Below, one piece after another: positions 28,939 to 32,000 of a stretch of 32,000 nucleotides of DNA; within the stretch, counting starts at the first letter, position 1; each line of letters begins with the position of its first letter. The stretch is taken from assembly GCA_002794465.1 (NCBI GenBank), contig MTSL01000041.1:77113-109112 (forward strand), in the 5' to 3' direction. The position numbers and the translations under genes are program-made. The stretch comes from Paramicrosporidium saccamoebae KSL3. Taxonomy: Eukaryota > Fungi > Cryptomycota. The notes beneath the pieces were generated by a model, which was given only the letters and a program-made list of their open reading frames with translations, did not search any database and was not told where the DNA came from.

Positions 28939-31071
28939 CTATGCTGCAAACTCTACGCCCGCAGAGGGGACGACCTGTTTCACAAATGCCAGGATACGCG
29001 CGTGTCTGGTCCATTTTCTCTGACTATCAACCGTGTCTTTACAGCGAACCTTTAAAATAAACTTGAGCGCATCAAAGTTCTTGTCAGCCGCACCATAATC
29101 AGCTGCAACTACGGCCCGCAACTCAAATGATTGGTAATAGTCCTTGTTGTTTGAGATCAAAAAGGCCTCAATCTGACGACGGAGATCAGCTAGTCTTTCC
29201 GTCTCCTCATCCACAGAAAGCCGGTTATGGTCTGGCGCCAGGATAGAAAATTCGACCCTCTCCCACTGCTCTCCGCCGCGTGAAAGATTGGTGAGTGGTC
29301 CAACTGCCAAGACGTGGTTCGGCATGGTCACCAGAAGCCCATTCCAGCGTTTGAAAACTGTATTTTGGATGTTAATATGCAGAACTGTGAGGATTTCCTC
29401 ATCATTATGACCCGCCTCTTTCCCAATCAGAACCCGATCACCAATGTCGTATGGATGCACAACAAAGAGAAACAGGAGGGAGCTAAAGGTCTTGTTGGCC
29501 GAGTCCATGATGATGAAATTCATTGCAAAGATGAATGATGCGGAAAAGCCCAGGATGTTCTGCACCTTGACACCCAGAATGGCCAGTAGCAGGAGGAACA
29601 GGCCTGCAGTTGACACTACCTTGCCAATAGTGTTCAGTATGGATAGCGCTGACCCAGTATTGGCGACATTTTGCACAAGGTTCCTCTGTTCGCGGAATAT
29701 TCGCACCAGTGCACCTTTGAACTCGCTCTTTGTGATTGCCCCATCTCGGTTCACATCAAAGACATAATAGGCATCTCGACAAGCATCCTTATTATCAATG
29801 ATGATTGAAAAATCCTCCATTGTTAAATAGTCGCGGCCAGCAGGGCACAAGTAGTGAAATGCCATCCTTGCCATAATCTTTGCATCGTAGTCGGTGCGTG
29901 GTGGGGCATTGGCAACAGATTCACATCCGTTCTTCTGGATCGCTCTCAAAATTTTGGACCGAAACTCGGAATAGTCTGTCGCAGCATCCTCAGGGCTTGA
30001 TTTGTTTCTTGACGCAGCAACTGTTATTGTACGACACCAATGGAACACAAATTCTGGGATAATGAATGGAAGATTGAACATGAAGTTTGAGTATTCAGTA
30101 GCACCGTTCTGCTCCTTTTGTTTATCCGCTCTTCGGGTGGAGCGCTCTTGATTTGCAGCCATCAGTAACTGATCAACAATATAAACTTTGAACTGATTCT
30201 CAATAATCCGCTTTTTAAAGGAAGTCTCTTGGAAGGAATTTTTCACCACCATCATGACCACAGAACCAACCGACATTACCAGCCCTGCCACAATACAAAA
30301 TAGGAACAGTCGCGGGACATGATCAAATCCACAAAATCCCTGAGCAACTGTGGCATCCTGTAGGAGTGTACTAGCGCCAAAATCTTCAAGACAGGATGCA
30401 GGAAAATTGGCAACCCAAAAAGCACCGGAAATGAAGGCACCTATTGAGATGGATAGTGGCACAGCCACGGCAGAGATCCTAGCAGGATGGTCAGTCTTTG
30501 ACAAAAATGTATTGGCCTGAAGATACTTTGACAACTTTTTCAGTCCTACATTTGTCCAAATTGGAGCAAAAACTAGGATTACAGCAAACAACGCCCAGGT
30601 ATCCAAGGAAGTACGTGCATAGACGGGTGTTTTTCCGTGGAGGAGCACTTTACAGGATAACCAAATTGTAGAACACAGCAGCAAGTGACCCAAAAGGAGA
30701 TTATTCAACAGATTAGGGGACAGAATATTCTTAACGGCGACATTTTCATCACGCTGTAGTTTGACTCCCTCCGTGTCCTCGCCAAAGGATTCTGCAAATT
30801 CACGCTCCTTCTCCCGATCATCCCCGATCCAATCAAAAGAATCACTGCTCGCGTTGGAGAGGCTTCCATCTTCTGATAGATTGGGTGATGAAATGGATGC
30901 GTTGGGGGATGGTTGTACTTCAAGTCTGTTGGATGCTTTGGGGGACGATTGTGCTTCAAGCTTGTTGGATGCTTTGAGGGACGATTGCGCTTCAAGCCTG
31001 TCAGATCCTGTCTCGGTAACACGTCGTCTAACTGGACCTTGAGAGTTCAATGTCTTTTGTGCGCCTTCCAT
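28939..31071 (-). CDS. MscS-like mechanosensitive channel with EF-hand (fungal Msy type), ~710 aa
   Basis: EF-hand YVFDVNRDGAITKSEF, MscS core FLFVVHPYDIGDRVLI...TVLHINIQNTVF...MPNHVL and N-terminal TM helices are present. The track start at 31089 is TTG; the first ATG is at 31071. Confidence 0.9.
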   Translation of the reverse strand: MEGAQKTLNSQGPVRRRVTETGSDRLEAQSSLKASNKLEAQSSPKASNRLEVQPSPNASISSPNLSEDGSLSNASSDSFDWIGDDREKEREFAESFGEDTEGVKLQRDENVAVKNILSPNLLNNLLLGHLLLCSTIWLSCKVLLHGKTPVYARTSLDTWALFAVILVFAPIWTNVGLKKLSKYLQANTFLSKTDHPARISAVAVPLSISIGAFISGAFWVANFPASCLEDFGASTLLQDATVAQGFCGFDHVPRLFLFCIVAGLVMSVGSVVMMVVKNSFQETSFKKRIIENQFKVYIVDQLLMAANQERSTRRADKQKEQNGATEYSNFMFNLPFIIPEFVFHWCRTITVAASRNKSSPEDAATDYSEFRSKILRAIQKNGCESVANAPPRTDYDAKIMARMAFHYLCPAGRDYLTMEDFSIIIDNKDACRDAYYVFDVNRDGAITKSEFKGALVRIFREQRNLVQNVANTGSALSILNTIGKVVSTAGLFLLLLAILGVKVQNILGFSASFIFAMNFIIMDSANKTFSSLLFLFVVHPYDIGDRVLIGKEAGHNDEEILTVLHINIQNTVFKRWNGLLVTMPNHVLAVGPLTNLSRGGEQWERVEFSILAPDHNRLSVDEETERLADLRRQIEAFLISNNKDYYQSFELRAVVAADYGAADKNFDALKFILKVRCKDTVDSQRKWTRHARILAFVKQVVPSAGVEFAA
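30895..31002. repeat. Coding 36-bp tandem repeat, 3 copies, in the MscS-like N-terminus
   Basis: Units at 30895, 30931 and 30967 encode (D/N)(R/K)LE(A/V)Q(S/P)S(L/P)(K/N)AS. Confidence 0.9.
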
Positions 31072-31582
31072 GGTGTAATGATGCTGCAATGCTAATACGA
31101 GTTACTATAGTGGCTGTAAACAACGAGGCTCATTCGCCGGCGATCATGGTTTCCTACGTTCATTGGTTCGGATGGAGCAACAAGCACCGCGATTGGCTCG
31201 GTAAGAGAGTATTGCGTGTGGTGAGGTCCCACGAACAGTAATCAATTGTCGTGTATTTGCTACGAGAGCACGCTTTCAGATATTTTACCTTTTTAATAGA
31301 ACATGATCCTTACTCAGTTCATATTTATTAAGGGCACCATTACAGATTGCCGATTATAAGTGGATATTATCTAACTGGAGCCTTTGTAAATTCACCAACG
31401 TTGCGATTATCAGGCCGACTAATACATTCGTGCAGATTTCTCTTTCCATCACACCCCTCAGTCTCAACAAACCTCGCCAATTATCATATTACTTCATGCT
31501 CTGATTGACTCAAATAAGGATGGTTGCCGAGATGGGCGCTTATGCCCGTTTATAATAATTATAAAAGTATGGATAAGTGCAA

Positions 31583-32000
31583 TCAGTTGAAATGAAACTG
31601 TGGCAATTCTGAGGCAGGGACACTGTAGCCCATTCTCCTAATATCAGTCGAGTCATCCCACCTAAATTCAAAGCTGGGCAGAGTAGGAGAATCTTCCATA
31701 GAAACAGAGTCATCCTCCACCGGCATTGGATCCTCAAATTGTGTTTGGCTCGTACCTACAGGCTTGTTTAGGGGAATAATGTCAATGATTGGCGTGTTTT
31801 CTTCAGGAATCTGTCGCACTGGATTGTCCAGTGCATCTAGGATCGTTTTGGCGGTTCTCGTCATAGCTACTGGAAGCTTTGCTGGTGCCTTTTCTACCTT
31901 GTCCACCTCGTCCATTGCAGTCCCCTTTGTCTCTATAACAGTCTCCTCTCGCCTAAGTAGCTCCCGTATTTGCCTTTTCACAGGTGTCATGTCTATTGCC
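31583..32000 (-). CDS. 3' end of an unidentified gene that extends beyond the window
   Basis: The frame is open from the window edge to the stop at 31583. It is a low-complexity acidic/Pro-rich sequence with FxF motifs (FEF, FHF) near the end. Confidence 0.55.
   Translation of the reverse strand, partial: AIDMTPVKRQIRELLRREETVIETKGTAMDEVDKVEKAPAKLPVAMTRTAKTILDALDNPVRQIPEENTPIIDIIPLNKPVGTSQTQFEDPMPVEDDSVSMEDSPTLPSFEFRWDDSTDIRRMGYSVPASELPQFHFN

Overview
This is eukaryotic, fungus-like genomic DNA that is very gene-dense, with about 19 intact protein-coding genes plus one running off the window edge. It has very short GT-AG introns (29-37 nt) and start-to-start or stop-to-start gaps as small as 15-65 bp. 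I found no tRNA, rRNA, CRISPR array or recognisable transposon. Many 'M' starts in the supplied ORF track are TTG/GTG codons, so I moved starts to real ATGs and joined split ORFs through introns read from the sequence. Housekeeping genes, in order: mitochondrial L34, ICE2-like, MFSD6-like MFS, WBP1/OST48, RPC2, CARNMT1, ADA1/TADA1-like, LITAF-like, class I cyclic-nucleotide PDE, two tandem CTL/PNS1-like proteins, CTF18, V-ATPase subunit c, an RRM protein, STE24 and an EF-hand MscS-like channel. Compaction plus a mitochondrial ribosomal protein suggests an early-diverging fungal or short-branch microsporidian relative (Rozellomycota-like); this is inference only. Three things stand out. (1) One spliced gene (4531-7370, minus) encodes a 934-aa signal peptide-GT32 (A4GALT-like)-GT12 (B4GALNT-like)-FN3-CBM-like fusion with both DxD motifs intact. 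(2) A secreted, very basic, apparently catalytically dead CE4/NodB deacetylase homologue (24197-24970). (3) An unlisted upstream paralogue of that gene (23521-23833), broken by a one-base frameshift in a G5 run.
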